From positions 138,446,001 through 138,510,000 of the forward strand of contig OZ024742.1 of the NCBI GenBank assembly GCA_964016885.1: a DNA stretch of 64,000 bases, in the 5' to 3' direction. A program made the position numbers and the translations under genes. The DNA is from Eledone cirrhosa (Eukaryota). Below, piece after piece: positions 39,541-53,317 of this stretch; position 1 is the stretch's first letter; each line of letters starts with the position of its first letter. Under the pieces are notes generated by a model that was not told the origin of the DNA, ran no database searches, and saw only the letters and a program-made list of their open reading frames with translations.

Positions 39541-41003
39541 TTGTGTAATAATTGTTTCTACTTTTGGCACAAGGCCAGCAATTACCCAGTACATTACTGG
39601 TGCTTTATTTTATCGACCCCATAAGGATGAAAAGCAAAGTTAAGCTCAGTGGGATTTGAACTCAGAACTTAAAGGGCCATAACTTTATGCTACAAAACAT
39701 GGTGTCTGACACTCTACCGATACTGCCAATCCAATGCTCTTGTGTAATAATTGTTTCTACTGTTGGTACAACGCCAGTAATTACCCAGTGCATTACTGGT
39801 ACTTTATTTTATCGACCCGTTAAGGATGAGATGGCAAAGTTAACCACGACGAGATTTGAACTCAGACCCTAAAGGGATGTAACTATGCTGGAAAGCATGG
39901 CGTCCGACTCTCTACCGATATTGCCAATTCACATGCTCTTGTGTAATAATTGTTTCTACTTTAGGCACAAGGCCAGAAATTATCCATTACATTACTAGTA
40001 CTTTTTTTATCGACCCCGTAAGGATGAAAGCAAAGTTAACCACGACGGGATTTGAACTCAGATCGTAAAGGGACGTAACTATGCTGGAAAGCATGTCCGA
40101 CCCTCTACCGATACTGCCAATTCACATGCTCTTGTGTAATAATTGTTTCTACTTTCGGCACAAGGCCAGCAATTATCCATTACATTACTAGTAATTTTTT
40201 TATCGACCCCGTAAGGATGAAAGCAAAGTTAACCTCGGCGGGATTTGAACTCAGAATGGCAAGGTTCAAATCCCGCCGAGGTTAACTCTTGTGTTTCTAC
40301 TTTAGGCACAAGGCCAGCAAAAACCCAGTACATTACTGGTACTTTATTATTACTCTTGAGTAATAATTGTTTCTACTTTAGGCACAAGACCAGCAAATAC
40401 CCAGTGCATTACTGGTACTTTAGTTTATCGACCCCGTAAGGATGAAAGGCAAAGTCAACCTCGGCGGGATTTGAACTCAGATCATAAAGGGACGTAACTA
40501 TGCTGGAAAGCATAGCGTCCGACCCTCTACCGATACTGCCAATCCACCACCCCTGTTGTGTAATAATTGTTTCTACTTTAGGCACAAGGCCAGCAAATAC
40601 CCAGTGCATTACTGGTACTTTAGTTTATCGACCCCGTAAGGATGAAAGGCAAAGTCAACCTCGGCGGGATTTGAAATCAGATCGTAAAGGGACGTAACTA
40701 TGCTGGAAAGCATGGCGTCCGACCCTCTACCGATACTGCTAATCCACCGCCCTTGTGTAATAATTGTTTCTACTTTTGGCACAAGGCCAGCAATTACCCA
40801 GTGCATTACTGGTACTTTATTTCATCGACCCCATGAGGATGAAAGGCAAAGTTAACCTTGGCGGGCTTTGAACTCAGAATGGCAAGGGACGTAATAATGT
40901 AATAATTGTTTCTACTTTAGGCACAAGGCCAGCAATTACCCAGTGCATTACTGGTACTTTATTTTATCGACCCTGTAAGGATGAAAGTAATAATGTAATA
41001 ATG
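39541..41003 (-). mobile_element. Head-to-tail array of ~9 SINE A units (some partial)
   Basis: ~195-bp units, mostly separated by TTGTGTAATAAT. Confidence 0.95.
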
Positions 41004-41715
41004 CTTACATGTTTGCCTCCAAAAATATAATTTGTAATATACAAACAGGAACCTGGATATGATTGGAATTCCTAAGAATATATGTTATAAATATATCCGA
41101 AAATTTGTTTAGCTTTCGTAGATTGACTTGATTGTCATATATTGGTGTACATATGTATTAAATATCATTTCGGAACTATGCTGAATAGTAAATGACGAAA
41201 ATCGATAAAACGCGTTAAATGTTTCTACATTACTGAAACATATGTTGCGACATTCTAGAAGATGTTGCAGTGAGTTTCAGCACCCATGGCATTCAATTCA
41301 CTTTTAATTGGAAAAAAAAATATTATGATTTCAGTAAGTAGCAATATGCCCCCCCCCCTCCCCCCCAAATAAACGAACGATGACATATATTCATTCTGAT
41401 CGTTCGTAAGATATTTGCTATTGACAAACCATGGTTAGACGGTTCGATACAGTGAATTACGGGGATTGTTCTAGGATTAGGCTCTTTGAATTGAAATCTT
41501 GTCCTGGTCAACTGCAATGTTCCGATAAACGAATTACCAGTAAAGGATTTAGAACAATACCCTCACTCTCTCTCTCTTTCTTTCTTCCCCACTCTCCCTC
41601 TAACTATATTTAGTATCATCAACTCTGTTAAGAAGGTTTGTACATAATTGCTTACAAGCTTAAAGAATTAGTGATAAAACTGTTAGTAACCTGTTTTCAC
41701 ACACATAATAATATA

Positions 41716-41890
41716 GACACAAGGCCAGTAATTTGTGGGGAGGGGAAAGTCAATTAAATCAACCCTCAGTACGTTACTGGTGCTTTATTTTATCAACCCC
41801 GTAAAGATAAAAGGCAAAGTTAACCTCGACGTGATTTGAACTCAGACCGTAAAGGGCCGTAACTCTATTATGTAAATCATGGTGCCCGAC
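41716..41890 (-). mobile_element. SINE A (long variant), partial
   Basis: Shared tail/core/B box. Confidence 0.85.
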
Positions 41891-42079
41891 TTTTTTATTA
41901 ACCACGAGGGTTGACATAAAGTATAACATTAGGAACAGCACATGATGGTACAGGACGGTACAAATGGTCATTTATGCGTGTAAAGAAACCCGTAAGTCAG
42001 CAATACTAGGAAACTAAGCGAACGCATGCCAGACGGATTCGTCGCCCAGCGTACATCTCGGATAGACCCGGTTGACAGC

Positions 42080-43060
42080 ACTTCCATGCTTGTAGAATTT
42101 ATCTCAAACTGACAATCTTCCCCCGTAGCACATGCACGCGAGGAATTCTAGAAGTTATTGATGGGCACTGGATCAAAAGACTTCCAGAAAAGTGTGGGTA
42201 CTTGCATTTCGTCGACGGCTAGATCTTCCCAAGAGCGTTATCGGTTTTACCCGCCACTAACAATCTATAGACCACCAAGGTGAAGTTCCTACAGATCGTA
42301 CTGACTGATTGGCTGTGGACTGTGTGTGCATGAAGATTATTCCATTTTCCAAGTGATCCCTCTCTGTCTTCACTTGACAGCAGCTCTGTCAGGTTGACGA
42401 GCGGTGAACGCACGTGCCTAGCAAACGGCGACTACAAATGTTTCCCGTTGAAGTAAAGTCGGAAATGGAGAAGCCTCAGACCATCATCAGCCATAGTATT
42501 CCTAGTTCTCCACACAGCATGTGTCGGCAGCAAATGAACTGCTTGTTCATTGTCACGCATCCCTTCCCAAAAATGTGAAAGAGCAAATTCTCCAATGCAG
42601 ACAGATATGGACCAGAATAAAGCACGACGACAGTGGGTAGTAGATGATGGGCGTGATGTACTCGTTCCCCACCTCTCTCCCACCTTTCTGGGATGCCTTC
42701 CTCTCGGCCCATTTCTGCGTGAGAGTCACCACCCTCGTATTTACCTCCCTACCCCCACAGTTTTTATCGCTTTGGAGATCTTGACCAAACCAGACTCCGA
42801 GCAGTTTAATCACTCCGCCCATCCATCACCCGGCTACGCTGATGGAAGGCCTGGAATTGCCTTTCCAGATGCCGGTCGACCAATGTTTCCTAGTTATGTT
42901 TTGCTCATGTATTCGCCGAGATATGTTCGCTGCTCAAGACAACTTCATTGGCATATGCTGACACGGATCGCCCACATCTTAATCCACCTGGGATGCCTCA
43001 CAGTGTCTCCAATTTGTGTATTAATGGCTTGTTGGTCAAAACATACAACAGAGCTGCAAA
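42080..43060 (-). pseudogene. L1/Tx1-type LINE RT relic
   Basis: VSAYANEV (YADDV-derived), IKLLGVWFG, W..RK.S.KG..EV.N.YI.P.IYY. Confidence 0.75.
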
Positions 43061-43611
43061 AGTAATCTTCTTTGTGTACGTTGTTGTTGCTGTTGGTAGT
43101 GTCGTCCTTGTTCATATTCTTGTTGTAGTTGCTGTCATTGTGTTGGTAGTGTTGTAATTGTTGTTGCTGTTGTTGCTTGCACTGTTCTTGTTGCCGTTGC
43201 GGCTGCTGTTGTCACCGCTACAGCTGTTGCCGCTACTGATAATTTTGCTGACGACGATGAAGTTGTCAGTGATGTCTGTAGTGGTGGTGGTGGTGACATT
43301 GTTCTTGTTTCACTAGAGTACACTGTCCAAATCACCTTCATGGTGCAGGCTTTTTTCCACAATTTTCCCGCCTCGGCAGGAGTTGGGGGGGGGGGTGTAA
43401 CCTGCATTTTTTTACAAAAAGAATTATTAGTACAATTTCAAATTTCAAATTTATATATTTGGGCCCAAGGCCCAAATATTTGGGGAAGTTCTTTTATCAG
43501 GGCTGACATTAATGCCCCCTTTCAACAAAATTTGTAAACAAAAAACCGAAATAAATGGATGTACTCAATCAAAACTTACGGAGCGTTCAGAGACAAACAA
43601 TAATAACAATA

Positions 43612-43970
43612 ATGGTTTCTACTTTTGGCACAAGGCCAGCAATTATCCCAGTGCATTACTGGTACTTTATTTTATCAACTCTGTAAAGATGAAAGGCAAA
43701 GTTAACCTCAGCGGGATTTGAACGCAGAACGTAAAGGGCCACAACTCTATGCTGCAAAGCATGGCGTGCGACCCTCTACCGATACTGCCAATTCATAATG
43801 GTTTTTCATTTAGACACAAGGTCAACAATTTTTGGGGAAAGGAAAAGTCGATTAAATCGACTCCAGTACTTACTGGTACTTTATTTTATCCGCCCGGTTC
43901 GGATGAATAGCAAAGCCAAACACAGTGGGATTTGAACTAGGACCGTAAAGGGCAATTACTCTATGCTGCT
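43612..43970 (-). mobile_element. Two tandem SINE A copies
   Basis: Shared tail/core/B box. Confidence 0.88.
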
Positions 43971-45135
43971 GGAACCTTTCAACATCATTTGTTGCACAGG
44001 GCTTCTTTAAGGTGCTATAGCTTTTATTAGCATACCATTAAATAGAATGATTTTTGCATTCTTGTCGTTTTTGTATCATCTTCTGCTTATCTTCATTGAT
44101 ATTTCTGGTGTATTATAATTGAATTTTATTACTTTAAATTCTCCACAACCACCTCAAAGGGCCTGTGTCTTCTCAGCAATACAGCATTCTTATTCATCTC
44201 ATACATTGGTATTTTTGTTCAACTAGAATTTTTTCTCTTAGCTTCAATGTATTTGTTTGTTATGTTTCTCTTTCGTTTATATCTTTCTTGTACTATCTTT
44301 AATATTTTACTAAGAATATTTGCAATGAAACTGCCGATATGTCGGAACAAATGATGATACTTGACCTGTTGACTCAACGAAAAAAATAAAGAGAAAATAA
44401 AAAGAAAAATGTCTAACTTCCTCCATACATAATCTTGAATTATTGGAAATATCTTCGATCATATTCAATTTCAAGATGATAGGAAACATATAAACTCAGA
44501 CTAATTTCAAAAGAAAAACAATATCATTAAAATGAACGGAAAAGAAATCAATCTTTCTTTTTCTTCGGCGTATATCTAAATTTAGAATTGATGTGAATTA
44601 TTAATTACAAAGTCTGTATCTAAAAACCAAGATATTTGATTAAATATTGTAATTATAAATGCATTGTCTAGAAATAGAAGCATTGTGATAGATTGATTTA
44701 AAATTAAAAACATGTCAGAGAAAAATGTGTATGAAACTGAAATTCCATTAAATTGAAAATTTAGGACACGTTTCAAAGAAATTCAGACTCATTTTTCTTT
44801 AGATATAACAATCTATTTATTTCCAGGAAACATAAATTTACATTTACTTTTAATGCTTTCTGTTAGTCTAGTCTTATTTCTTGTTCTTTTTTCTCTAATA
44901 ATTTAAATTGTTGATGGATGAATTGATTGAATACTGTGGTATAGGATAGGGGGTTATTAAATCGCATCGTAGCAGTAGATTATATATAGTGTCGATAAAA
45001 ACAAATTACTGCCAACAACAAAAACCTTCTATATTGTAATATATTCCTAACAATTTAATACATAAGCAGCATCTGCTCTCTCTCTCTCTCTATAAAAATA
45101 TATATATATCCCTCTCTCTCTCTCTCGCTCTTTCT

Positions 45136-45169
<34 letters not shown>

Positions 45170-45314
45170 CAGAATGCTAAAGTAAAAAAGCCAAATGTCC
45201 TCTGCCAATGTTTATTTTAAGCAATATATTTATTCTATTAAAAATTATGTAAGACAAAGGCGCACAAACCCACCCGCTATGCATGCATATAATATATGTA
45301 TGTTTATATATATA

Positions 45315-46104
45315 TTAGTTTCCTACCTGTTTGTATTTATCTTTGGTGTGGTTATAAACTATGGTGACATAAATTTTGCACCCTTTCTTAACTTTGTGTA
45401 TAATCTGGACAGAATGTATTAACGTTTCGCACCATTGAGTGCTTTCTGACCGACTCGATTGGTATCTCTTCTACTGCGGCTACAACTTCGATATATACCT
45501 AATATTATTCTCCTACTTTTATGTTACTAAGTAATAACGTATTTGTGATTTTTTTGTTTATAAACGCTAGTTGAGTACTTTTTTGACGGTGTGAAAATCT
45601 CTTTGTTCACACCTTCAATTTACCATTCTAAAGTTCGGCCAAATGACCTTTTTCTTTTGGGAGAGATCCCGAAATGACACAGGAAAATTTACTACAACAG
45701 TATAATGCTTCCTTGTTTAATCCAGGCAGAACTACGTCGGATACTTTGAATGAATACCTGCTTAGGAACGGATTCCCATTCCACCGCTAAACAATAGCTA
45801 GGTGCACTTACGACTTGTGCAACCCATGATGCACTTACTAGAAGTCCGAGAAACATATCGAATATGTTTATCGATTTCGATATATTCCAGATGGCCCATG
45901 CTAGTTTCGTACTTGTTTGTATTTATCGTTGTTGTGATTATAACCTATGGCCACATACACTTGGACGTAATATTCTTGGTGTCACACTTTCTTAACTTTG
46001 TGTGTTCTCTGGACGAAAATGTATTAAATTTTTGCACCATTGAGTGCTTTGTGATCGCCTCAAACAATACAATCGGTATCTGCTCTGCTGTGGCTACAAC
46101 TTCG

Positions 46105-46108
<4 letters not shown>
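45315..46108. repeat. Diverged direct repeat pair (~45315-45495 and ~45901-46108)
   Basis: Shared TTGTATTTATC, CTTTCTTAACTTTGTGT, GCACCATTGAGTGCTTT, GGCTACAACTTCGAT. Confidence 0.8.
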
Positions 46109-46161
<53 letters not shown>

Positions 46162-46339
46162 AAGTATATACAAGAGCTTTGAGGTACTTTTCTTTCAGGC
46201 ACTTTTAATTGATATATGTATCTGTCACTCTGATACATCCTTGATATGGTTATGATAACATGTTGAAGATTCGGGGCGCTACATCACTTTAAACATTACC
46301 CTTCATAACGTCTTGGCACAGCTGACTGACGGGCATTTC

Positions 46340-46620
46340 TTCTAACAATTACTAAACAATTTGAAGTGACTGGCGGCACTGTGCACAGAATCATTCATGA
46401 AGATCTGCACATGCGCAAGTTTGTGCAAAGTTTGTTCCCAGGCTGCTCCATGAAGATCAAAGTCAAATGCGCGTTAATGACAGCATGGAGATGGTCGAGT
46501 GGATCACTTCGAATCCATGTATCCTTGAGTCTCTGGAAACCTGTGACGACAGCTGTGTCTACTATTATGATTAAGAGACCAAGAGATAGAGTACCCAGTG
46601 GAAATATTCTGACTCCCCTA
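46340..46620 (+). pseudogene. Mariner transposase fragment
   Basis: TVHRIIHEDLHMRKF..., TCDDSCVYYYD*ETKR*STQWK. Confidence 0.8.
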
Positions 46621-47885
46621 TTGATGCTCGGCTTACGTATGTTAAGCTCGTCTTGGTGTGACTTTTGACCCAAATATTTAGCATTGGACAGTGCTTCCAA
46701 CCTATGAGTTATCATAGTTTCTGCAGCTCACCCTGTAAGCCACATAAGATCGCATCCAGGCCATTTTTGACGGAACAGTTAAGAAGTGAGCATTTAATGC
46801 TTGTCTATGTGTATCGGGATTTATAAGCAGTCTCCAGAGAGATAGTCCTGAGTGCACCAGTTGTATATACAAACCTTCCCTACGGTTAATTTGTCGTGCA
46901 GCAGCGGTGGTTCAATCGTTGTGTTAGGGTAGCTTTAGATACTTTTCATAAATAGATGGACTCCGACTTAGGGATTTATTTCCAAAATGATTTAAGACAG
47001 TGGTCGCCAACATGGGTTCCGCGGAACCTTGGGGTTCCGTAAAACAAACTCCGGGTTCCTTAAAAAGATAAATATTTACATTACCATTAATATTTTGGGT
47101 TTTCTGAAAAAGGTGCAAAGAAAATGCCAAAGGTGCAATGTATAAATGAACGAGTACTATTGTAGTGTACACAGGTTCTCCACTCCAATTCGTGGAAAAC
47201 ACTACTTTCAGTTTCTCACTTGAATTAGCAGAAAAACACTGTTCTGAGATTCGTGAAAATTGAATACTTTCAATTTCACATCAATTCTTGGAAAGACATA
47301 GTTTTCTGAATTCCGAGACTACTACTGATAATACACTAATTGAACTTAGAAATTGACCAATCACGAACAAGTAAATGTTGGTCGATAGCAGCATAACTTT
47401 AAACTGAAAACTTCAGTTCAGCGAGGTCTTTCAGCCGAAAGACAGGGTCAGTTCGCTGTTCTCACAACGTAAGTTCAGTAGAATGTTTTCAATAGAGAAC
47501 TCGTTTTAATCTGCTGTCCTCACAAAAGCTTTAAAGTCGCCTAAAGTTTCCTCACAGAGTGAACTCGCTTACTAGTCGTTTTCAACATGCATTTAGTTCT
47601 ACAGACAATTCTAAATAAGAACACGTTACATTCTGTTGTACTTTGCACAAAAAATATAACGCCTGTAAAGTTTCGACTACTAACAAAGGTAATTTTGTAT
47701 TCCATGCATACACTATAAACTTTGCCACACAATTATGTATTAATTTGATGACATTTGCATTCACAATTGAGAAATTACTTTATACAATAAATATATATGT
47801 CCACAAACATTTGACTAAACTTTATTTGTTCCAATCTAATATATGTTTAACGCAGCCTAAAGCCTTCTTATATTATATCTAACTT

Positions 47886-47982
47886 CGAAGGTTGACTTTG
47901 CCTTTCATCCTTACGGGGTCGATAAAATAAAGTACCAGTAATGCACTGGGTAATTGCTGGCCTTGTGCCTAAAGTAGAAACA
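47886..47982 (+). mobile_element. 5'-truncated SINE A inserted in the hAT
   Basis: TSD ATTATATCTAACTT at 47872 and 47983. Confidence 0.92.
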
Positions 47983-48452
47983 ATTATATCTAACTTTGAG
48001 TCAAAATAGATAGAAGATATCTGAATTAATTTCCAATACCATCGTCACATCTTCTACACTATCAGCTGATTTGCATTTTTTTTGCACCTTTTAGTATGGC
48101 GGATATTTAAATATATTTACATTACCAATAATATTTAATACGACCCTAAAGTAGTATATGCAGGAAGTGCTGGACTCTGAAAAAGATTTCTTCTAGTTGT
48201 TTATAAATTTGCACCTTTTTCAGTAACCCCTAATATTTTAATATTATTATAAGACTTTAAATAATATGTTTGTCATCCTAAAATGGAGAAATTTCAATTT
48301 TTAAAAATTAAAATTTTTTTTTAACTAGTTAAGTTTTTCCAAATATCTAAAATTAAAGTTAATTTAAGTACTTTTTGTAATAAAAAAAACTTAATTTCTC
48401 TTGTTTATTAATGTCATATTAAAAATGTTAACTGTAGATAAATAACCTTGAT

Positions 48453-50200
48453 ATGATGTCTACTGCAAAGAAGCTGAAGTTAGATACCAGCAGTAAGGTT
48501 AGACAGTGGTGTGATGATTATGTTAGATAAGGATTTCAAAAAGCTGACACTAAAAAAGATACACCAGATCAGCCCATGTGTTTGCTATGTTGAAAAGTTC
48601 TATCAAATAGCTGTTTAAATCCTGCAAAACTTAAAAGACACCTTGATACTAATCACACCAATGATAAAAGCAAGTCACTGGAATACTTTACTTCGCTGAA
48701 AAACAACATAAAAAAATCACAAGCTTATATGTATGACTTGTTTTGTAAAAAGTCAGATAGAAATAAAGCTTTAACAAGAACATCTTTTGAAATTTCACAT
48801 TTGATTGGTAAAAACAAGAAACCATTTACATTAGGAGAACAGTTAATTCTGCCAAGTATAAAAATTGCTACAGAGAATCTTTTTGAAAGCTGCAGTATTA
48901 AGGACAAAGAAAAATTAAGCCAGTTACCATTGTCAGCAAATACCGTAAAAAGAAGGATAATTGATATTTCTTCTGATATAGAAAATCAGATACTAACTGC
49001 GCACTAAAGAAAAGCACATGTTTTGGTCTGCAAGTGGACGAAACTACGGATTTTAATAACAAGGCTCAATTAATTTGCTATGTACGGTTTGTAGACCTTG
49101 ATAAAAAAGAATTAGTAGATGAGTATTTGTTTTTTCTGGTATTAGACATCACAACTAAAGGTCAAGATATATTCAATAAAATTGAAGAGTATTTTTAAAA
49201 AAATGGTGTATCTTGGAGCAAGTTGACTTCAATAACAACAGATGGAGCAGCTGCAATGACTGGTAAAAATTCTGGTTTGATTGCAAAAATGAAAGAACAG
49301 ACCCCAAATTGTATTTCAAATCATTGTATGATTCATTGAGAGGTTTTGTGTTCAAAAAAATTCAAAGACAGAGATGCTCAAATATTAAATGACCAGCTGA
49401 AAGACATTGTCAAAATTATCAAGAGCAAAAAATTCTAGAATGTTTGAATCTATTTGTGAATCTTCTGGAAGTAATTATAATAGATTGTTATTGAATAATT
49501 ATGTGCGTTGGCTGTCTTTGGGGGATGCTATGAAGAGAGTTTTTGAACTGAGAGAAGAAATAATAGTTTTTCTAAAAAAACAGAATGATGAAAGAGCAAG
49601 TGTATTAGAAACCAATGAATGGAATGTGCAACTCGCTTATTTAGTAGACATTTTTGGTGAACTGAACAAACTAAATAAGTGTCTTCAGGGTAACAATGCA
49701 GATATTTTTACTTCAATCAATTTTATTACATATTTTCAATCAAAATTAAACATCTTTATAAAAAGAATTGAATCGGACAATTACTCATTACTTTCAAACC
49801 TTGAAATAGAGCTTAAAAAGAGAGAAGATTTTGACTCCAGCAATCTAAAGAAGATTATTCTTTCTCATTTAAATGTGCTTTCCACAAGTTTTTCAGATTA
49901 TTTTGACTTGATGGAAAAAGATATTGTTAGCGGAAATTTATGGATAAAAAACCCGTTCACCGAGATCGAGCAGTTAGTGTCAGAAAATGACGCTGGAAAT
50001 GGTAAAAATTTACTACCTGCACAATGCTTACATCAGTTGATGGATTTGAATTCAAACGAAGACCTGAAAGTGATATTCGAAAGCAGAAAGAAAGAACTAT
50101 GGATCGACTTATTCTAGTGTTGAACATCGATTTTCTAAACTCACTAATGAGGCGCAGCAGCAGAAAAGCCACTAGTTAATTGTGTTCGATTACATACTCA
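48453..50200 (+). pseudogene. hAT transposase (ZBED5/8-like) pseudogene
   Basis: BED finger C-LL-C..LKRHL..NH, LPLSANTVKRRI, VDETTD, TTDGAAAMTG, HCMIH, VRWLS, LAYLVDIF; several stops/frameshifts. Confidence 0.93.
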
Positions 50201-51245
50201 CGCATGAAACACTAAAATAAATAAATACTTTATTTTTTTTTTTGGAAAAGTTTTGTATTGTATAGGTTCCGTGAAGAACTCAAAATATTTAGAGGGTTCC
50301 TCGGTTTTAGAAAGGTTGGCGACCACTGATTTAAGAGATCAGAATATTTATTTTATTATTTAATTACCCGTACCACGAGATCCCACATCGAAACTGCTAA
50401 AACAACATCCCTTTTTATATAGTGAAAGAGAGAAAGAATGAGATAGTGGGAGAGAGAGTGAAACTTGGAGCGATAGTTAGATAGATGGATAGATAAATAG
50501 GTGTCAGTGTGTTCATGTATGTGTTTAGAGAAAAACATTGTTAGAAAAAGAAATAGAAATTCCTTTAAATATAATATATAAAAATATATATAAGATTATA
50601 ATTATGCATCTGACTGAATATGATAATCTATTGTAAAGACAAAATATATTGCTTAATTTCACCAATGGACGTGCTTCATTTAATTTGATATTATTCTTGA
50701 GTTTTCGTTGTTATTTAGGAATACTGACAGTTGGCGAAATTATTATTCCCTACATAAAATATAAGCGAAAATATTTATTGTTTTCATAGATTTTACGATG
50801 GCCAGTTGTCTATTTTTAACTCTATTACATTTATGAATGATTTTGTTCGAAGAAAAACAAAAGTGGTAAAATTAGTGCTGTTGGATTTATGTAACTTTTT
50901 GTCAAATAATGTTTCCATAAATTACTATAAAGATCCTTTATTTAAAAGATTTGTTTTTCGTATCGTTCAATCATTAAAACATTTATGTTTCATCATTAAT
51001 ATTTATTGCCCATTATATTTAGTGAATGGCAATTTATGACAGTGAAAATTTTGTATAAATAAGGAATGTCTTTTATTTGTTTATTTGTTTATACCTATTG
51101 ATTCTCGCTTGCTTGGCATAATGCCGAGTCTATTACACAAAGAAGCACACGGACGCGTGAAACATATGTATAAATATATATATGTGTGTGTCTGTAGGTA
51201 TATATATATATGTATATATACATACATATATACATTTATATGTAT

Positions 51246-51277
<32 letters not shown>

Positions 51278-51288
51278 GTATATATGTT

Positions 51289-51342
<54 letters not shown>

Positions 51343-51490
51343 AACCAGTAAGACCCCGACGGCTGAGCTCAACCCGTTTCAATGGCTAATTCTGGACTAA
51401 ATTTCCCACTCTATTACCCACTCTACTACCCTAAGTATTGAGTACTTTGGTGCGTTATGGTCCACCTGGTTCCTTACCACATTTCCTTCG

Positions 51491-51543
<53 letters not shown>

Positions 51544-51562
51544 TTTATATATATATATATAA

Positions 51563-51620
<58 letters not shown>

Positions 51621-51860
51621 CATTTATCAAATAATTGTTTCTTACAAGTCTAGTTCTGTTTCCTTCTCTCTGTAATTATTGAATTTGTTAATATAGAGTA
51701 TATTCTTAGCTTTATATTGTTTGGGTTCAGTTGGGTTTCGGGTAGGGACAGATGGAGTTTAGTTGTGAGAGTGGTGTACTTGCCACTTGAATGCTAAATT
51801 ATAGATTCCAAAGATAAGGTACAGAAGCGTGTGTCGATACAACGAGGCGGTGAGATAAAT

Positions 51861-52390
51861 ACAGATAAATAATTTATTCTACTTTTGGCAGAAGGCCAGC
51901 AAATATCCAGTACATTACTGGTACTTTATTTTATCGAACCTGTAAGGACGAAAGGCAAAGTTAACCTTGGCGGGATTTGAACTCTTTGATGCAAAGCATG
52001 GCGTCAGACCCTCTACCGATACTGCCAATCCACCGCCATTACAGATAAATAATTGTTTCTACTTTTGGCACAAGGCGAGCTATTATACCAGTGCATTACT
52101 GGTATAATAGCTGCATTTTATCGACCCCCGCAAGGATAAAAGGCAAAGTTAACCTTGACGGGATTTGAACTCATAACGTCCGACCCTCTACCGATACTGC
52201 CAATCCACCGCCATTACAGATAAATAATTGTTTCTAATTTTGGCACAAGGCCAGCAATTACCCAGTGTATTACTGGTACTTTATTTTATCGACCCGATAA
52301 GGATGAAAGGCAAAGTTAACCTCGGCGGGATTTGAACTCAGAATGGCATCCGAACCTCTACCGATACTGCCAATCCACCGATAAATAATG
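51861..52390 (-). mobile_element. SINE A trimer separated by repeated (ACA)GATAAATAAT
   Basis: Three units, each with a different internal deletion in the tRNA-like head. Confidence 0.92.
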
Positions 52391-53112
52391 AAAGAAAGGA
52401 AGGACGTAATAAATTATAAATAAAAAAAATTGTTTTCCTCGGGTTAAAATTTGATGGAGGTGATAAATAAACTAAGGTTTAATTTATCGAACAATAAACT
52501 TCTATATATGTCTATAAAATGTATATGATTATAGGAAAATGTACATAAAAAATAAATGAATAAATAGATAAAACCATTCAAAGATGAATAAATATATAAA
52601 TTGATTGCATGATGGTTACAATTTCATATGTGTCCAGTTGATAATTATGTATATGTGTATATGATGGCGTGAATAAATATGCGAACAAAAGTCAAGTGAT
52701 GTTGAGGCATTCCCTTAAGACTCGTATGAATAGTGGCTGGTTTCTTTGTTCTTTTTTTATCTTTTGCAATCATGATACAAAAAAAGGGTTAAATGTTTTA
52801 ATTGACGTTATAGAAAATAGAGTAAATGCTGAGGGAATGAGGGATATTTATTATGGTTTATATGTTTATGAAAAAAGTATTATTCTTGGAAGCGTGCATA
52901 CAATTCCTTCAAACTCAGATATTACTCGAACCCATAGCTTTAGACTCCTCAAAAAAGTAAATAAACAGCATCACCGTCATCCATCTGTGTCCTAAAACAA
53001 GGCATGGCCCCATTCTACGTAGATGAGAAATCAGGAAGAAAAAAAAGAAGAATCATGAAATAAGCATTACTTAACGTTTGAATCCAACCTGTGCGTAAAG
53101 TATAGACATCGT

Positions 53113-53184
53113 GTTGTTGTTGTTGTCGTTGTTGTTGTTTTGTTGTTCTTTTTGTTGTTGCTCTTCTTCTTCTTCTTCTTCTTC

Positions 53185-53231
<47 letters not shown>

Positions 53232-53242
53232 GTTATTGTTAT
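53113..53242. repeat. Compound (TTG)/(TTC)/(TTA)n microsatellite abutting the LINE 3' end
   Basis: Directly visible. Confidence 0.95.
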
Positions 53243-53317
53243 TCCTTGAATCTCAGTCATTGATGTTGGTTAACTGGAAAGTCCGTTGGATTGAATATCA
53301 AGCCACTACCTGCAGCC

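Larger units (their letters stand above)
46998..50328 (+). mobile_element. Full-length hAT (Charlie/Buster group) DNA transposon
   Basis: TIR CAGTGGTCGCCAAC / GTTGGCGACCACTG; perfect 8-bp TSD ATTTAAGA (central TA) at 46990 and 50329; subterminal GGTTCC repeats. Confidence 0.96.
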
